Positions 1 to 16,170 of a DNA stretch of 64,000 bases are shown piece after piece (the stretch's first letter is position 1; every line of letters begins with the position of its first letter). The notes beneath the pieces are model-generated. The model was not told the origin of the DNA, ran no database searches, and saw only the letters and a program-made list of their open reading frames with translations. This DNA comes from Octopus sinensis (Eukaryota), in NCBI RefSeq assembly GCF_006345805.1, contig NC_043010.1:68262001-68326000 (forward strand), in the 5' to 3' direction. The position numbers and the translations under genes are program-made.

Positions 1-1553
1 TATTTGATATTTCAATTGTATTTCATGAATGTAGAAGTAACCCCGAAAGTCGTTGGTAAAACCGCTCCTAATCGGTCATTAGTAAGGTCAGACCTGAAAG
101 CGTACAGATGTTGATCGTAACATTCATTGAAGTTGTTAACGGTGAACCCCCATGTTGTTTTCTGGATGCTGTCATATGATATATTTGATGCGCGATATAC
201 CAGACAATCGCAATATGGCTGTTAGATATGTTTTCGATAGAAGCGTTTAGGGTAATATTGAGTAAGAGGAATAGCAACCCATAACATTGTAGACATTAAC
301 ATGTTTTGCTTATTTTTATGTTTGAACCAGATGGGCATTGATTCTGTATAAGGCATTCATTCTGTATAACATTCAACTGGCTGAAAGTCCCAAGTCACGT
401 ATTTTGCGATTTCTTAAACTAAAAACCTCGCGAACTAGTTTCCCTTTGTTGAAAAATATACACTTCAGCCGGGTCATTTCCCTTACAACGAAACAGTCCG
501 GCGTAAGACCTGCATCATTTTTATTGTACCCTACAAGCAATAGGGAATTCGTGGATGTGCTCGTAGAGTTGTCCAATATAGAGAAATTTAAAGAAGATCG
601 TTTTTCTTTTTATAATTCTCCTCTGATTTTGGTAAGGTCCATCGTGTAAAATAGCTCTTCACTGAATCGGCCCCTAGTTGGAGCTTCGTTATAAAAGGGG
701 TTTCTTCCTTAGAAAATCTCCATCAATAACGGTCGAGTATAGAATCTCCAACTTCGAGCCTGTTGCCAAGGTTCCAATTATCGTTGGGATGGTGATTTGA
801 AATTTTTTTTATATGTATACATTCGCCAAAGTCGGCTTCCTATGATGGCAAGGTGGCGGCGTATTGGAAAGAAAATCACGAGAATGCTGGATAGAATGTC
901 TTAAGAGAACTGTCTCATTTCTCTGGACTTTGACTTTAATTCCTGCCGAGTTCAACTTTCGCCTTTTAGGATCGATAACTGAAGTCTCAATCCAGTACTG
1001 CCAGCTGTCTGTCTTTCTGCCTGTCTATCTGTCTGTCTCTCTCTCTCTGTCTCTCTCTCTCTCTCTAACACACACATACACACACACTTTATCTTTCTCT
1101 ATAACTTTCTGTCTTATGCACCTTTCTCACTTTCTCTCTTACTTTCACTCTTAGTTTCTCTCTCTCTGTCTTCCTTTCTATCTTACTTCCCTCTCTCTCT
1201 CACTTTCACTCTCTCTCTCTTCCTTACTTCCTCTGTCTGTCTCTCTGTCTCTCTCTCTGTCTCTCTGTCTCTCTCCTCTTTAAGTTTTACTTAGTATTCG
1301 AAGATCTAGAATAGATTGGTTTGAGAATTAGGTTAAGGGTACACATTCCTGTGGAATACTCAGACACTCACACGTTAATTTTTCCAACTCGGATTTTGGT
1401 TTGCAGAATGATTGAATGCTCGCTGTCGAAACTGACGGAAACCCTAGCGGAGTAGTACTTACCTCTCTCAGGAGCTAACGCAATATCCGTCTTTCTTTTA
1501 CAGTTTCCCTCATCTTTCTCTATAACTCCCTTCTCATAAATTTATTTATCACT

Positions 1554-2470
<917 letters not shown>

Positions 2471-2758
2471 TGCTTATACCTGTGTCCCTGGATGCTTTTT
2501 CATGTGTGTTTGTATAGGCAAAGAATTCAGGTTGATCTTTATGAATGGAATCGCCACCACCCACAACCCCCAAGCTTTACTCAGGCATCTCACTTGGTAA
2601 ATATTACTACGCTGCGCTTACAATCATCTCTTGAATAATAACCAACAAGGAAGGGCAGTACTACTGAAAGTCCGGGGATGAAAATGTGTTCAGCTGACAT
2701 TTTCACACTTATGCTTCTATTTATAAATAGACGAGCCTACTACGAACCGACAATAACC

Positions 2759-2989
2759 TATTTCTTTATTACCCACAAGGGGCTAAACACAGAGGGGACT
2801 AACAAGCACACACATAGGTATTAAGTCGATTATATCAACCACAGTGCGTAACTGGTACTTAATTTATCGACCCCGAAAGGATGAAAGGCAAAGTCGACCT
2901 CGGCGGAATTTGAACTCACAACGCAACGGCAGACGAAATACGGCTACGCATTTCGCCCGGCGTGCTAACGATTCTGCCAGCTCGCCGCC
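2759..2989 (-). mobile_element. tRNA-headed SINE family A1, monomer
   Basis: Head GGCGGCGAGCTGGCAGAATCGTTAG (A box), GAGTTCAAATTCC (B box); ~18-bp TSD TAYGAACCGACAATAACC. Confidence 0.88.
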
Positions 2990-3086
2990 CTATGAACCGA
3001 CAATAACCATGACGGAGATATCTGGGTAACTAGTTGGGCAACTTAGTTACCTTAATAACCACGTTTAACGCACACGCGCATGTATC

Positions 3087-3416
3087 GTGAAGCCGCACGG
3101 CTCAGTAGTTAGAGCTTACGATCGTGAGGTTGTGAGTTCGAATCCCGGACCGGGCTGCATGTTGTGTTCTTGAGCAGACACTTTATATCACCTTGCTCCA
3201 GTTCACTCAGCTCTAGAAATGAGTTGCGACGTCACAGGTGCCAAGCTGTATCGGCCCCTTTGCCTTTTCCTTGGATAACACTGGTGGCGTGGAGAGGGGA
3301 GGCCGGTATGCATGGGCGACTGCTGGTCTTCTATAAACAACATTGCCCGGACTTGTGGCTCGGAGGGTAACTTTCTTGGTGCAATTCCATGGTCAGTCAT
3401 GACCGAAGGGGGTCTC
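3087..3416 (+). mobile_element. SINE related to family C, with a different 3' half
   Basis: GGCTCAGTAGTTAGAGC...GAGTTCGAATCCC head and the shared TTGTGTTCTTGAGC...TTGCTCCAGTTCACTCAGCT domain. Confidence 0.8.
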
Positions 3417-3670
3417 AGAATATATAAGTATCAGTGCCTGGGCACTGATATAAAATTTATTTATATATATATATATATCTTTAAGATAATATCTAGTATA
3501 TGTTCTAAATTATAAGCCTCATTTTGCATCATTGCGTTACATTTTGCGTAATTGAAATTATGCATAGGGTGAGGCATTTCAAATGAGAAGCTCATATCTT
3601 TTTTCTTTTCTTTTCTTTTAACTGGAAATCTTTTGAAATCCGTATAATTCCAGGCACTGATGCTAGCAGT

Positions 3671-4660
3671 GCGGGCAGTGGCGTGCCTCAAGGTTCAGTG
3701 CTTGGGCCCTTGTTGTTCTTAGTCTTCATAAATGACTTGCCCGACGACCTCACGCAACACACCCTTCTATTTGCCGACGATATCAAACTGGTCGCTCCTC
3801 GCGGTAGTATAGAGGATCTTCGTCGATGCCTCCACCAAATTTGGAAGTGGTCTAACGATTGGGACCTGTGTCTGAACGTGTCAAAGTGCTGTCATCTGCC
3901 TGTCGGCTCTACTCCTGCAACTCAACTTGATTTCGAGCCGGGTCGTCTGCTGCTGGAGAGGACCGATCAGGTAAAGGACTTGGGTATCTTGGTGGATTCC
4001 TCCTTTTCGCCTTCGGCCCAGTGCGTCCATGCTGCCAACAAAGCGCGCGGAATTCTGTTTTTGATTCGACGGTCATTCGGAATGCTCACAGCAGCCATAT
4101 TCCTGCCACTCTATGTCACGCTGGTGAGACCCATATTGGAGTATGGGATTCAAGCCTCTTCTCCTTATCTCCTCAAAGACATACAGCACCTCGAAAGAGT
4201 CCAGAGGCTGGCTACCCGCATGGTTCATGGTCTCAAAAATTTGTCCTACGAAGAAAGGCTGAGGACGCTCGACCTTTATTCTCTAGAAAAAAAGCCTCCG
4301 CCGTGGTGATCTCATTCTCGCCCACAACATCATAAGCGGGAAGTGTAACCTCTCGAGGGAGCTGTTCTTCACTCCTGCTCCGGAGCGTCGGCTGCGGGGT
4401 CATTCCGAAAAGCTCTACCTGCGACGATTTCATCTCAATCGAAGGAGAGGAGCTTTCTCCGTCCGGGTTGCGGATCCGTGGAACAAGCTGCCAGACGAGA
4501 TAGTGAAGATGCCGACGACCGCTTTGTTCAAAGCCTCCCTGGACCTCAAGTGGCCTGAACTCTTTACATGAACACCACCCTGTACTTAACTCCATGACCC
4601 CCTACATGGCCTTGCTATTTGCTTTTGAGCCAAATTAACTAACTAACTAACTAACTAACT
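3671..4660 (+). mobile_element. 5'-truncated CR1-type non-LTR retrotransposon (RT C-terminal part, 3' UTR, (TAAC)n tail)
   Basis: GVPQGSVLGPLLFLVFINDL, LFADDIK, KDLGILVD, LERVQRLATR. After a 1-nt shift in the A-run near 4290 the frame continues RRGDL...RGH...FSVRVADPWNKLP to TGA at 4569-4571. (TAAC)n tail at 4636-4660. Confidence 0.93.
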
Positions 4661-4666
4661 ACTATA

Positions 4667-4860
4667 CGAGGGGTGCTGAAAAGTTCCAGGCTTTAAGGGT
4701 ATCGCGAAAGGCCAATTTCTTTTACATGGCTTAGAAAAACTGGGGACTGCTGCAATAAGTGTGTGAATCTGAGAGGGGAATATGTTGATTAAGATCATAA
4801 TTAGCTGATCCTCCTGTATTTTCTTATACTCCAAATCAGGAACTTTTCAGCCCAACGTCG
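4667..4860 (+). mobile_element. Mariner-type MITE (family M1)
   Basis: TA-flanked imperfect TIRs CGAGGGGTGCTGAAAAGTTCC...GGAACTTTTCAGCCCAACGTCG; internal remnant of a transposase C-terminus (CNKCVNLRGEYV). Confidence 0.8.
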
Positions 4861-5220
4861 TATATATTTATAACGTGCCTATCACCGTACCCAGCATATA
4901 GTTCTATTTTCATTTGAAAACATGTATCTCTAGAAAATATCGTGTAATGTTAAACAGATAATTCTATGTTGTATGTTTGTTGGTTAAAAGGGTCATGGAG
5001 AATTGATAAGGAGTACTAAACAGAAAAAAATACAGCGATTTATATAAGATAACGCAGTAAGGTAATTTGCGGATGAAATGATGTGGTTTAGCATCTAATT
5101 GCATTTGGAACGTCCACTGCAGAGGATGCAAATAACCTGAACAAAGAAACGTACTTAGGGAACAAATGATGAAACATGCACCATGCGTATGTGTATGTGT
5201 GTGTGAGTGTATATATATAT

Positions 5221-5683
<463 letters not shown>

Positions 5684-6675
5684 TATATTTAATTGAAAAT
5701 CTGTTGCCCAGCCTACAATCGAGACACGCCAGACACATAAATTAAACGCAGACATACTGAGATTTCTTTCACCTTGTAGAAGAAGCGTAGTAGGCGATTG
5801 ATTCCTATCTTACTGTCTTACTGATACGCATTTAACTGGCCCAATTCCGAAGGAATGAGATTCAAAGTGGACCACATAATGGTTTTCATTTGGAACACTG
5901 ATAAACCCAACTAGTTATAAGCTATCTATTCCGGCTATCTCCCGGCTGTATCATTCATCGCTGTGTGCTTGCTTGTTGTGTGTGTGTCTATGTGCTTATG
6001 CGTGCGTAGATATAATATATATATATATAGTGTGTGTGTCTGTGTGTACTGAGAGAATGGCGGTTAATATAAAAATAGATACAGTCTCTGCATCTTTGTT
6101 ATTTTTACCACCTGGAAATAGGACTAGATAAAAAGAATACAGAGCAAATGGGAAAACAGTCCATAGATGTGGTACTTAAGTGTTTGGCGTCCTACCAAAT
6201 ACTTACATTTGCATAAAATGTATCCATGGTTTCTTATGAAAATCTGTCGCTTTGTGGCGAAGACTGGATTTTCGGTTTCGCATTTGTCCTATTAAAAGGA
6301 AATGTTGCAACATGCAGAAGGCCTTCTAAGGGTGGGGTGTTTTACCGATCCAAGAAGAGAATGGTACTAGCCACGAGTTAAGTGATATGACTGCAACTTA
6401 GAATCGAAACTGCATCACAAGCGTCGAGTACAGGGAGTTTATCAACCAACCAACCAACAATATTACAGTAAATCAATATTTTGTGACCAGGCATTATCTT
6501 GTATCTTTTACCTGTTTCAGATATTGGACTGCGGCCCTGCTGGGGCACCACGTCGAAAAGTTTAGTGGTACAAATTGCCCACAGTACTTACTATTTAAAT
6601 TTCGTATCTATTTTTTTGCTTTCTTTTGCCGAACTGCCAAGTTACAGGGACGTACGCTGTGCATTATAAGGGTCA

Positions 6676-6718
<43 letters not shown>

Positions 6719-6986
6719 TAACTCTACACACGCACAAACACAGGAACGTGTGTGCACGCTTAAATGTGTGTATGTGCCTTTCTGTTTGTCCCCCACGAAC
6801 GTTTGGCAACCGATGTTGATTTGTTAACGTCTCTGTAAGTCAACGGTTCGACAACAAGGGCCCGATAAAATAAGTACCTGACTTAGAAAAATAAAAGCAT
6901 ATATACTGCAGTCGAATTATTCGACTAAACCCTGCAAGGTGATCACAGCATGGCCACAATCTAATGACTGACACAAGTAAAAGATA

Positions 6987-7029
<43 letters not shown>

Positions 7030-7234
7030 CTTTTACTTGTGTCATTTTTTTCGTAATGAGATAAGAAAAACACTTTTTAATATACCAATTTTTATATACA
7101 CACGCTGACATATGACCAATGTTGAACCCTTATTCGCGTAATCACCGAACCTGGAACTTAACTACAGTCTATCTATAGCACTTAATCAGCATTACCTGAC
7201 ACATTTGGGTCTCAATGACACCATTACCTCTCAT

Positions 7235-7277
<43 letters not shown>

Positions 7278-8369
7278 TTGAAACACTCCTGTCACAACCT
7301 GGGACCTTGAAGACTGCTATAACGCATTAAAGTATACTAGTCCCTTAATAGTTTATATTCAACATTTCATCTATTCAATAAGACAATCAATACTTCATTT
7401 CATTTTACTGTATATATATTATTTATACTATATATTCTATATTCTACATTAATGCTATAAAGAATATAAATAAAACATAAAAAGCAGACTAAGTTGGAAT
7501 TTCTTTGAATAATGTATATATATATACACACACACACACACACGCACTCTCGTGTGTCTGGAATATTAGGCCATTTAGACATTAATTGAGGAGTAGGTAA
7601 TATCAGGTGATCCAGCAACTGAATGGTCGTCGTCGACCCCTTTGGGATCCCCATAAGTTATCTGCTACTTTATTTTATCCACCGCACAGAGATAAAAACA
7701 AAGTTGATTTCGATGGGATTCGAACTCAGAATGTAGTAAGCCGGAAGACGTACTGCTAAAAATGCTGTTCTACGCTCTAACGATTGCAGTAACCATGTAA
7801 TTAATTCACATAAAACATGTATTATCGATAGATAGAAAGATGGGTATACAATAACCGATATTTTTTTAACGGGTTATGGTAATAACAACGACAACAGCAG
7901 CGGAGGTGGTGGTTGTCTGATGGTGGTGGTGGTGGTGGTGGTGATATTTTGTAGCAATGTGTGTATGCGTGTGGGCTAGATTATTGTGCACACGCGTAAG
8001 AAGAAAATACGAAAAAAAAAAAAATATATATATATATATATAAGAAAAACAAAAAGAAGAAATTAAGGAAAAAATAAAAGGAATATAGAAAAAAAAAATG
8101 AAAGCAAAACCATAAGCCTGACACACGGGTCTTTTAGACGATTCTGGGGAAGGAATGTTAAACGTGTGTAATTTGTACGTTTTCCAGATCTAGCAGACGG
8201 TGTTTGCTATAAATAAAACGGTGAAGAAGAATAAGAAGAAGAAGAAGAAGAAATAAAATAAACAACATCATCAAAGCATATCCTCAACAAATTTTCTCTA
8301 TTACTTTTACTACTACTACTACTACTACTACTACTACGAGGAGGAGTAGCAGTCGTATTAATAGTAGTT

Positions 8370-9522
8370 TCAAATTGTGGCACAAGGCCAGCAATTTTTT
8401 GGAGGGGAGGTGGGTGTTAGTAGATGCCTTCGAACCCTGTCCCCCCACCTTCTCGCCTCTAGTATTTGACTGGTTCTTAATTTTATCGACACCCCACCAC
8501 CACCACCACCACCATCAAAAAGAAAAAAAATGAATGAATTAAAAGCAAAGCTGACCACGGTGCGACTTGCATTCAGAAGGAAAAAAAAGTACAAAAAAAT
8601 ATATAAAATAAAAGCGCCATTTTTTAAAGCCTAGCCAGGTTCATGGGCCCGGTTTCCCTGTTTCAATGGCGTATGTGTTCCCCAGCTGGACGGGACACCA
8701 GTCCATCGCAGCGTTACTCATTTTTGCCAGCTGAGTGGACTGGAGCAACGCGAAATGAAGTGTTTTGTTCAAGAATACAACGCGTCGCCCAGTCCAGGAA
8801 TCGAAACCACAATCTTACGATCATGATGCTGACACCCTAACCACTAAGCCACGCGCCTCCACAAAATAAAGTACAACAGAGCATTTGAGCGCTATAGATT
8901 ATACGGGCACGAAGTCAGAAATTCGTCGTGAAGGAGTTGTTTACTGGTACTTTATTTTAACAGCCCCAGCAAAGTTGATCTCGGTCGGATTTTAACTCAA
9001 AGCATAAGGTGCCAGAACCAATACGAAACGCAATGCTCTAATAATTCTGCCAGTGTGCCATCCTTAATAATAATATTAATAATAATAGTAGTAGTAGTAG
9101 TATCGAATTCTTGGTACAAGGACAGCAATTTCGGCTTAACTGGTTCTTATTTGTTCGGTCCCAGAAAGGATGAAAAGCAAAGTCGATCCCGGCGGAATTT
9201 GAACTCAGAACGCAAAGACGAACGAAATGCCGCAATGCATTTTTCCCGGTGTGCTAACGACTCAGTCAGCTAGCCGAATAATAATAATAATAATAATAAT
9301 AATATAATAATAATAATAATAATAAAAACAACAATAACAACATACAGAAAATAGCACTACTAGGCACCGCACACATCCTACGTAAAACACTTTCAATGCA
9401 GTGAAAATAAGAGCATCACACAAACCACAGCACATACCCAAGGCACACAGAGCTGCGCACGGTAGTGCAGTGAAGGCTTGTGATAAAAATAAGACTACTG
9501 AATAATAATAATAATAATAATG

Positions 9523-9553
<31 letters not shown>

Positions 9554-10000
9554 TAATAATAATCCTTTCTAGTATAGGCACAATACCTGAAATTTTTGGT
9601 GAGGAGCTAGTCTATTAGATTGATCTCAGTACGCAACTGGTACTTAAATTATCAACCCTGAAAAGAGGAAAGGCAAAGTCGACCTCGGCGGGATTTGAAC
9701 TCCGACCGTGAAGACGGACGATCTGCTGCTAAGCATTTCGCCTGGCGTGCTACCGATTCTGCCAGCTCGCCGCTTTAATAATAATAATAATCCTTTCTAC
9801 TATAGGCATAGGCCCTGAAATTTGGGCAGGGGGAGGGAGTAAGTCGATCACATCGATCCCAGTGTTTCACTGGTACTTAATTTATCGACCCTGAAAGGAT
9901 GAAAGGCAGAGTCGACCTCGGCGAACTCGGAACGTAGCGACAGACGAAATACCGCTAAGTATTCCTCCGCCCGGCATGATAACAATTCTATAATTCGCTG
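8370..10000 (-). mobile_element. Cluster of about five older A2-type SINEs separated by (AAT)n/(TAG)n tracts
   Basis: Repeated A-family head and body (GAAAGGATGAAAGGCAAAGTCGACCTCGG...TTTGAACTC) with a different 3' end (TCCTTTCTACTATAGGCA on +) at ~8370, 8880, 9110, 9563 and 9791. Confidence 0.75.
8595..8862 (-). mobile_element. SINE family C nested in the A2 cluster
   Basis: Reverse complement of the 30108 element; TSD AAAAWAAAGTACAA. Confidence 0.85.
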
Positions 10001-12182
10001 CTATGATAACGATGATGATTATAGTATTAGTAGTAGTGATTATTATTATTATTATTATTATTAATATTATTATTATTATTGTGTTGTTATACTAGAATAA
10101 ACGAGGCTTTCGAAGAACAACTGCCTCTCTGTCGTTTCCGTCGGTACCGCCTGCAAGAAGATCGCAGCTACCGCAGTAATTACCCCTAACACTGCCATTA
10201 CTATCATTAACATCCTCATCATCTTCAACCTGGCAGTCGCTTTACGAAAGAAGAAAAGCCACACTACATAAATATAAACCCAAAATAACAAATTAAATTA
10301 AATAGACGAGGATCGTGTTTCTACCAGCATTGCTTCTGGCGCGTCAATCAAAGTGCCGCAAATTTTCTCGAGAAAGAAATGTAACGATAGTTCACATATC
10401 TACATCTTAAATGACTTATAGATTTAGTATGTTCAGACGATCGACACCTCTCACTTGAAAAACGACGTCTATTTCATATGCGTAACAATAAACAACTCAT
10501 TTTTCTCTCCTCAGGAAAACCTAACTACAAACAAGTAAGGGCTTTGAGAAAATGTTGATATATATATAAATAAAGCGCGAAGAAACGTAAATGCTGTTAG
10601 TTTGATGTAGCAAAAAGCCCTGTTTAAAATGTAAATACTTCCCTTCACCGAAAGTCTTCGGGACCCCATCAATATTTTGACTGGCTCTTTATTCAGGTGG
10701 TATTTGCTAGCAAGATCCACCAGTAATCGTCTTGAATTCTAGTTTATAACAGAATGGATGTTATTGCCAGGAATGTGACACAAACTAATCCAAAATTCTC
10801 TGGTTATGCCAACATGCTAATAAAGTTATTGATGTCTTTTCACTTGGCGCAAAGCCAATTTTTGCAGCAGAACATTACACATCGCTTGAATACATCCCAA
10901 TACAATAAACGTAAATTATTGACCTTAGAAAAACAAAATGAAAGGTAAAGTTTGACCCCAACTTTATTTGAACTCAAAACGCCACGGGGCAAGACAATAT
11001 GCTGTGGTACAGTATTTATTTCATTGCCATTTCTTGCAACTCGCCGTTCTGTAATTCTTTGTTGAATTTCTGATATGGTGAAAAGGAAGACATCGAAGTT
11101 TTCAGGGATCTTAATGTATTGTTAGGGCGCCTTTGGTATTGGTGTACAGGGTAATTTAGATTGGCGGGAACACTTCTACCACCAGATTGATGACTATCGG
11201 CGGACTTACAGGAGTCTGTCTCGAGGGTACAAGCAAATTAGCCCGGAGCTCAACCCGGTTTCCGAGGTGTCTAAGCTACTGAAAGCACCGTATTATATCA
11301 CGGACGGAATTATAGTCGTTTTCAGAGTTAAACACTCATTTGTCACGGTAATCATTTTTAGATGGGTGGACTGAAAGAACGTTAAACGAAGTGCTTTGGT
11401 TAAAGACACAAATCGCTGTACGGTCCGAGAACCGAAACCTTAACCTTACAATCGTGATCTCAACATTCAAATCACAAGGCCAAGCACCTTTCACCGGTAA
11501 CATTGAATCATAAATAAATCATATGATCCATATATCCACATCTTCAAATGTCTCCTATAACTCTAAGGCATTTTCGGGTTCAATATATTATGATAAAAGA
11601 ATTGCAGATTAGAAGGGATCCTCGACTAAGGGTCGCCCATCGGCTGCGTCGGTGCTCGACATGCACCGCGCGCTTCGCACCAGATAATGAACCACCGCTC
11701 GGCGATGGCCCGATCCATTCTTCTTATTTTAGCTTCAATGTCAAATACCACACGAATTTCGTTCGATATTCTCACAAGAAGGAATGAACTCATGAGTCTT
11801 TAATAAGTTATTAATAAGTCCTTAATAAGTTATTAATGAATATAATCACATTATTTGCCAAAAATGATTGTTCAACATCGAACATTCAGGTGGGGAAGGT
11901 ACCGCGGCATTCTGTAGATATATATGAAAACTAAACAACAGACACAAACACACATGAGCTACCTTGCATAGAATTTGTCTTTTCCTCTTTATTTTTCCCG
12001 CCTTTTCTTCTTTCCACTCTGCATCTGTATTCCAAAGAACTTACTCCAAACGTCATAATTAACTTTACCTGCGTTCCTTATATAGGTTTATCTGCTTCGA
12101 GCTCTACTGTTCAAAAAGAGAAAAAGAAGAATTATTTCACGTTCTCTCAAAGTTTATCAATTCTTACAACGTCAATAACACC

Positions 12183-12228
<46 letters not shown>

Positions 12229-13007
12229 ATTTTGAAATGTGAAAGAATACACTCCCCAACATTGCGAGCGAATGAATAAATAATTAGTTTCCAGTAAGTT
12301 CGACGTACTTTCATGAAATGTTATAACTCCCACCTACACACGCCTCCTCGCACATGCACAATTCCACAATAATACCAATTTACCTCCTGTTCTTGGTAAA
12401 TGATATAAGCAACATAAGCACCAGTTTATCGAAGTGAAATGCCAGCAACAGGATACGAACTCTCTCTCTCTCTCTCTCTCACACTCTCCCTCTCCCATGC
12501 TTATTTTTGATTTTGTAAAATATGTTAAAAATACGTGTATCCGAAAAGCCTACACATCAAAATCAACTAAAACAAACGTTATATCCATGATGTATCATCG
12601 TTCGTAGCAAAACATGATGGCCCAACCACAAAGGAAGACTTCCTATATTTCCTTGACGTACATCATCGTCGATTTGCATAATAACATTACAAACTAATTA
12701 CGTATTCTGTCACAGGCAGGCAAAGTGGAATGACGTATCAATTGCAACACCAAGGAATGGAAAACTGACGATGTCTGAATTCTTCGACAGTTTAAGTATA
12801 GAAATTGCTATCCAGGAATAGAAAGTTTTCATTACATGTTTTTTGCTGCTAGAAACATATCTGTACAGGTTTATAAACACACGCTACGAACTTAGACAAA
12901 GAAATGCACACAGAAACTTATAGATGAAATTGATGCCTGTTATATTAATCTAGCTGCTTAGGAATTGTACAATTGTACACGTATGTATATCAATTTGTCT
13001 GTGCATG

Positions 13008-13061
<54 letters not shown>

Positions 13062-13263
13062 ATATATGTAGTTGAAATTTACAGAAAAACAAAAGACGAA
13101 GGCAGGTGTATGAACAACAAGAAGGTGTATTAGTTTGACGCTCGAGAAAGTGAAAGTCCTACGGTCGATTTCTTCGACTAAAACCTGTCAAGGCGGTGCT
13201 CCAGCATGGCCACAATCAAATGATTGAAACAAGAGTGGAATAATGAAATATATATATATATAT

Positions 13264-13308
<45 letters not shown>

Positions 13309-13414
13309 ACGTGATCGTCCAGACTATCGGATGGTATACATCACTGGTCACAATATACTTTGCATCGTTTTAGCTTCAGAATGATGCCACCCTGCTGGCT
13401 AGACAAACAAGCTA

Positions 13415-13511
<97 letters not shown>

Positions 13512-15493
13512 CTTTTAATGCCGTAACAATGCAAATTATAAGAAATAATACAAATCGGTGGTTTGCACTTTTACTTTTACGGTGGTTGTATTTCAATATT
13601 TAAAGAAATCTATGGGGAAACGATGGTGTGAGTTAACGTCTATATTCCGTATCGTGTATATATATATATATATATACACAGGATTGTTTTTCCCATTAAT
13701 TAGATTCGTCCTTCAATTTGGACGTTTCCAAAAAAAGATTTCTAATATTGGTTCTTCATATTTTGCTGGTAGCTTACTGCCGTAAGTTTGCGAATATGAA
13801 AATAATACTTGCATATGATGTGTTGTGAATTTATTGAAATAAATGCCGTAAAACTCAACAATTGTGTTTAAAATGGAGAAAATAAGATGTTAAACTGTAA
13901 AAGAGAATATTATGAAAACATCGTCTGCATGAATTAAAATTCTCTTATATATTTTAACATCTTTTCTTCATATTAAACAAAATTGTTGAATTTTATGGGA
14001 TTTCTTTCCATAAATTCACAACACATCATATACAGGTATATATATATATATATATATATATATTTAAGAAAGAAAAATATGTAAAAACGCACAAGGGGTT
14101 GGTTGTTACTAAAATGAATTAAGTAACAACCAGCCCCACTAGAACAGAACAACAATCAATTCTTCTCTCCACCCTTGAAATATATGTAAATAACCCCTAA
14201 AACTTGTGTATATATCTCACAAATCTGTATACATTAAGAATATCTGTCTAAAGACCCTAACAATACTTTGAAAGTAACTTGTAATTTTCAGATAAATTGA
14301 TGGGTTAAATCCCAAACCAAATCACCTTCAGAAAAATTGAAGGGGTACATCCCTTTAGCTGCAAAAATTATTGTCAACAACAATAATGGCTTCCCCATGA
14401 TTTAACAAAAATTTTCTCTGTACTGAAATCTGACAGCCATCTAAGAGTTTTTGTTCATCTTGATGCTGACATAAGTTCCTTGTTTTTCCTGATGAGAAGG
14501 CGGCATAATGCACCCCTTATTCCTTCGAAATTAGGAATATGCAGCCTTCGAAACATATGTCGAGAATAAAGGAATTTTGTTAAATCGTCGTTCAACTCCA
14601 TTCTTTCATTTATTTGTAAAAAAAGCACACAAATTTCCACACGAAAGCACGTGATCTCTGCCCCTGGCATGTAGCTTCAACCGTGTTTTTCTGACGTGAA
14701 TTTTCTACCCAGGTATCGGTTAACCGAATTATCCATACTAAGATAATTCATTCAACTACTTAAATATATATATATATATATTATATATATATATATAATA
14801 TATATATATATATAGCTTTATCTGCTTCGTGATCAACTATTCTAAAAAAGAATATTTTATGTTCTGTAAACCACCTAACACAACCTACATATGTATTTTA
14901 TGAAACTGTCACATTTCTAATATAAATCAACTGCTGCAATCTGCCACATTATCAGTAAAAAAAAAAAACAGGGTTTGACTATACGACTAACACATTTCGT
15001 ATCTTCCTCCACGATGGCCCTAACTAAAGACAAGCCAGGACAAAGCAATACCTTATGTACATTGCTCAACTGCCCGATCTAAGATCAAAATACATTCCTG
15101 CTGTCCGATAATATATAAAAATCATCTGTAGCAATTGTCCTGAATTCTATATCGGAAGCACCATCAGATTAGTACACATGCGGGTTGAAGAACTCTATGC
15201 TAATACTTCTTCCGTCAAAACATACCACATCCAAGTTTGCATTGAATCTACAGAAAGAAACGTTGGGAAGCCGAGAATAAAGGAAACTATTTTAATTAAG
15301 ATGTACAGGCCACGAATAAATAGCAGATGAGTGCTGCATGCAGGCAATTGGCTACTATTATGTGCACACATACACACGCACAATAGAGAGCATAGATGTC
15401 AGCTGTTATCACTTTTTCACCGAAGTTTTCCTAAGGAAGGAGTGCTAATCCGGATATGTTCTAATATTTAACTACTACATTTTATATTTGATA

Positions 15494-15864
15494 CTAGCAG
15501 TATCGCCCGGCGTTGCTTGGGTTTGTAAGGGAAATAACTATAAAGCAGTTTTAGAGAGTTATAGCCAAAAAATGGAAAAAAAATGATGGTAAATTTTTTT
15601 TTTAGTTAAAAAGGTCGAGTTGCGTCCCCTTGACAGTCTGTGGTTTGTGTTTCTAATTCTCGACCCCATGTCGAATTTATCGATTTTTTTTCAGAACTGG
15701 GGGAACTTTTCAAAATTTTCGCTGCGTTAGTTTTGAATTATGACATTGGGCTATGTGTGTGTCAAGTTTCATCAGAATCGGTTGAAAGCCGTGGTCAGGG
15801 TGAGGGTACAACCTAACAGACACACAGAAACACACACAGACAAACTGCCGTCTATATATAGAGA
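15494..15864 (-). mobile_element. Non-autonomous Helitron-type element
   Basis: Minus strand starts TCTCTATATATA and ends with GC hairpin CCCAAGCAACGCCGGG followed by CGATACTGCTAG|T; no TSD. Confidence 0.72.
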
Positions 15865-16170
15865 AATTTTATATGTTAGACGTATAACATTACCTTCTAG
15901 CTTTCCTTATAAACTGACTTTCCGAACTATTTGTGACTATCTGTATTGTCTTATATTTCGCTATTTTGTATTTCAATTTTTACTGTCGAAAAGTATTAAC
16001 TCACCTCAAAGCATATCAAACAACCAGCGTTTCTACACAATGAGGTGCACCAGAATTTTCTTTGAGAAAACACGTATTCTTTAAAAAATAACTGGGCAAG
16101 TTTAAACAATATATCGCATTTGAAAGGACGGCGTTGTACGTGTAAGGGAATATATATATATATATATATA

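Noticed and set aside
68-860. Complex sequence with short ORFs on both strands
   Set aside because: No recognisable motif in the frames I read, and frequent stops; possibly an old repeat.
2844-3029. Recurrent 'MRNWYLIYRPRKDERQSRPRR' and 'YDGLLSVSVYQIHSQGFGRPEA' peptides
   Set aside because: Chance frames of SINE families A and B, not a protein family.
10094-10190. RINEAFEEQLP peptide resembling bHLH helix 1
   Set aside because: No basic region or helix 2, an early stop, and low-complexity flanks.
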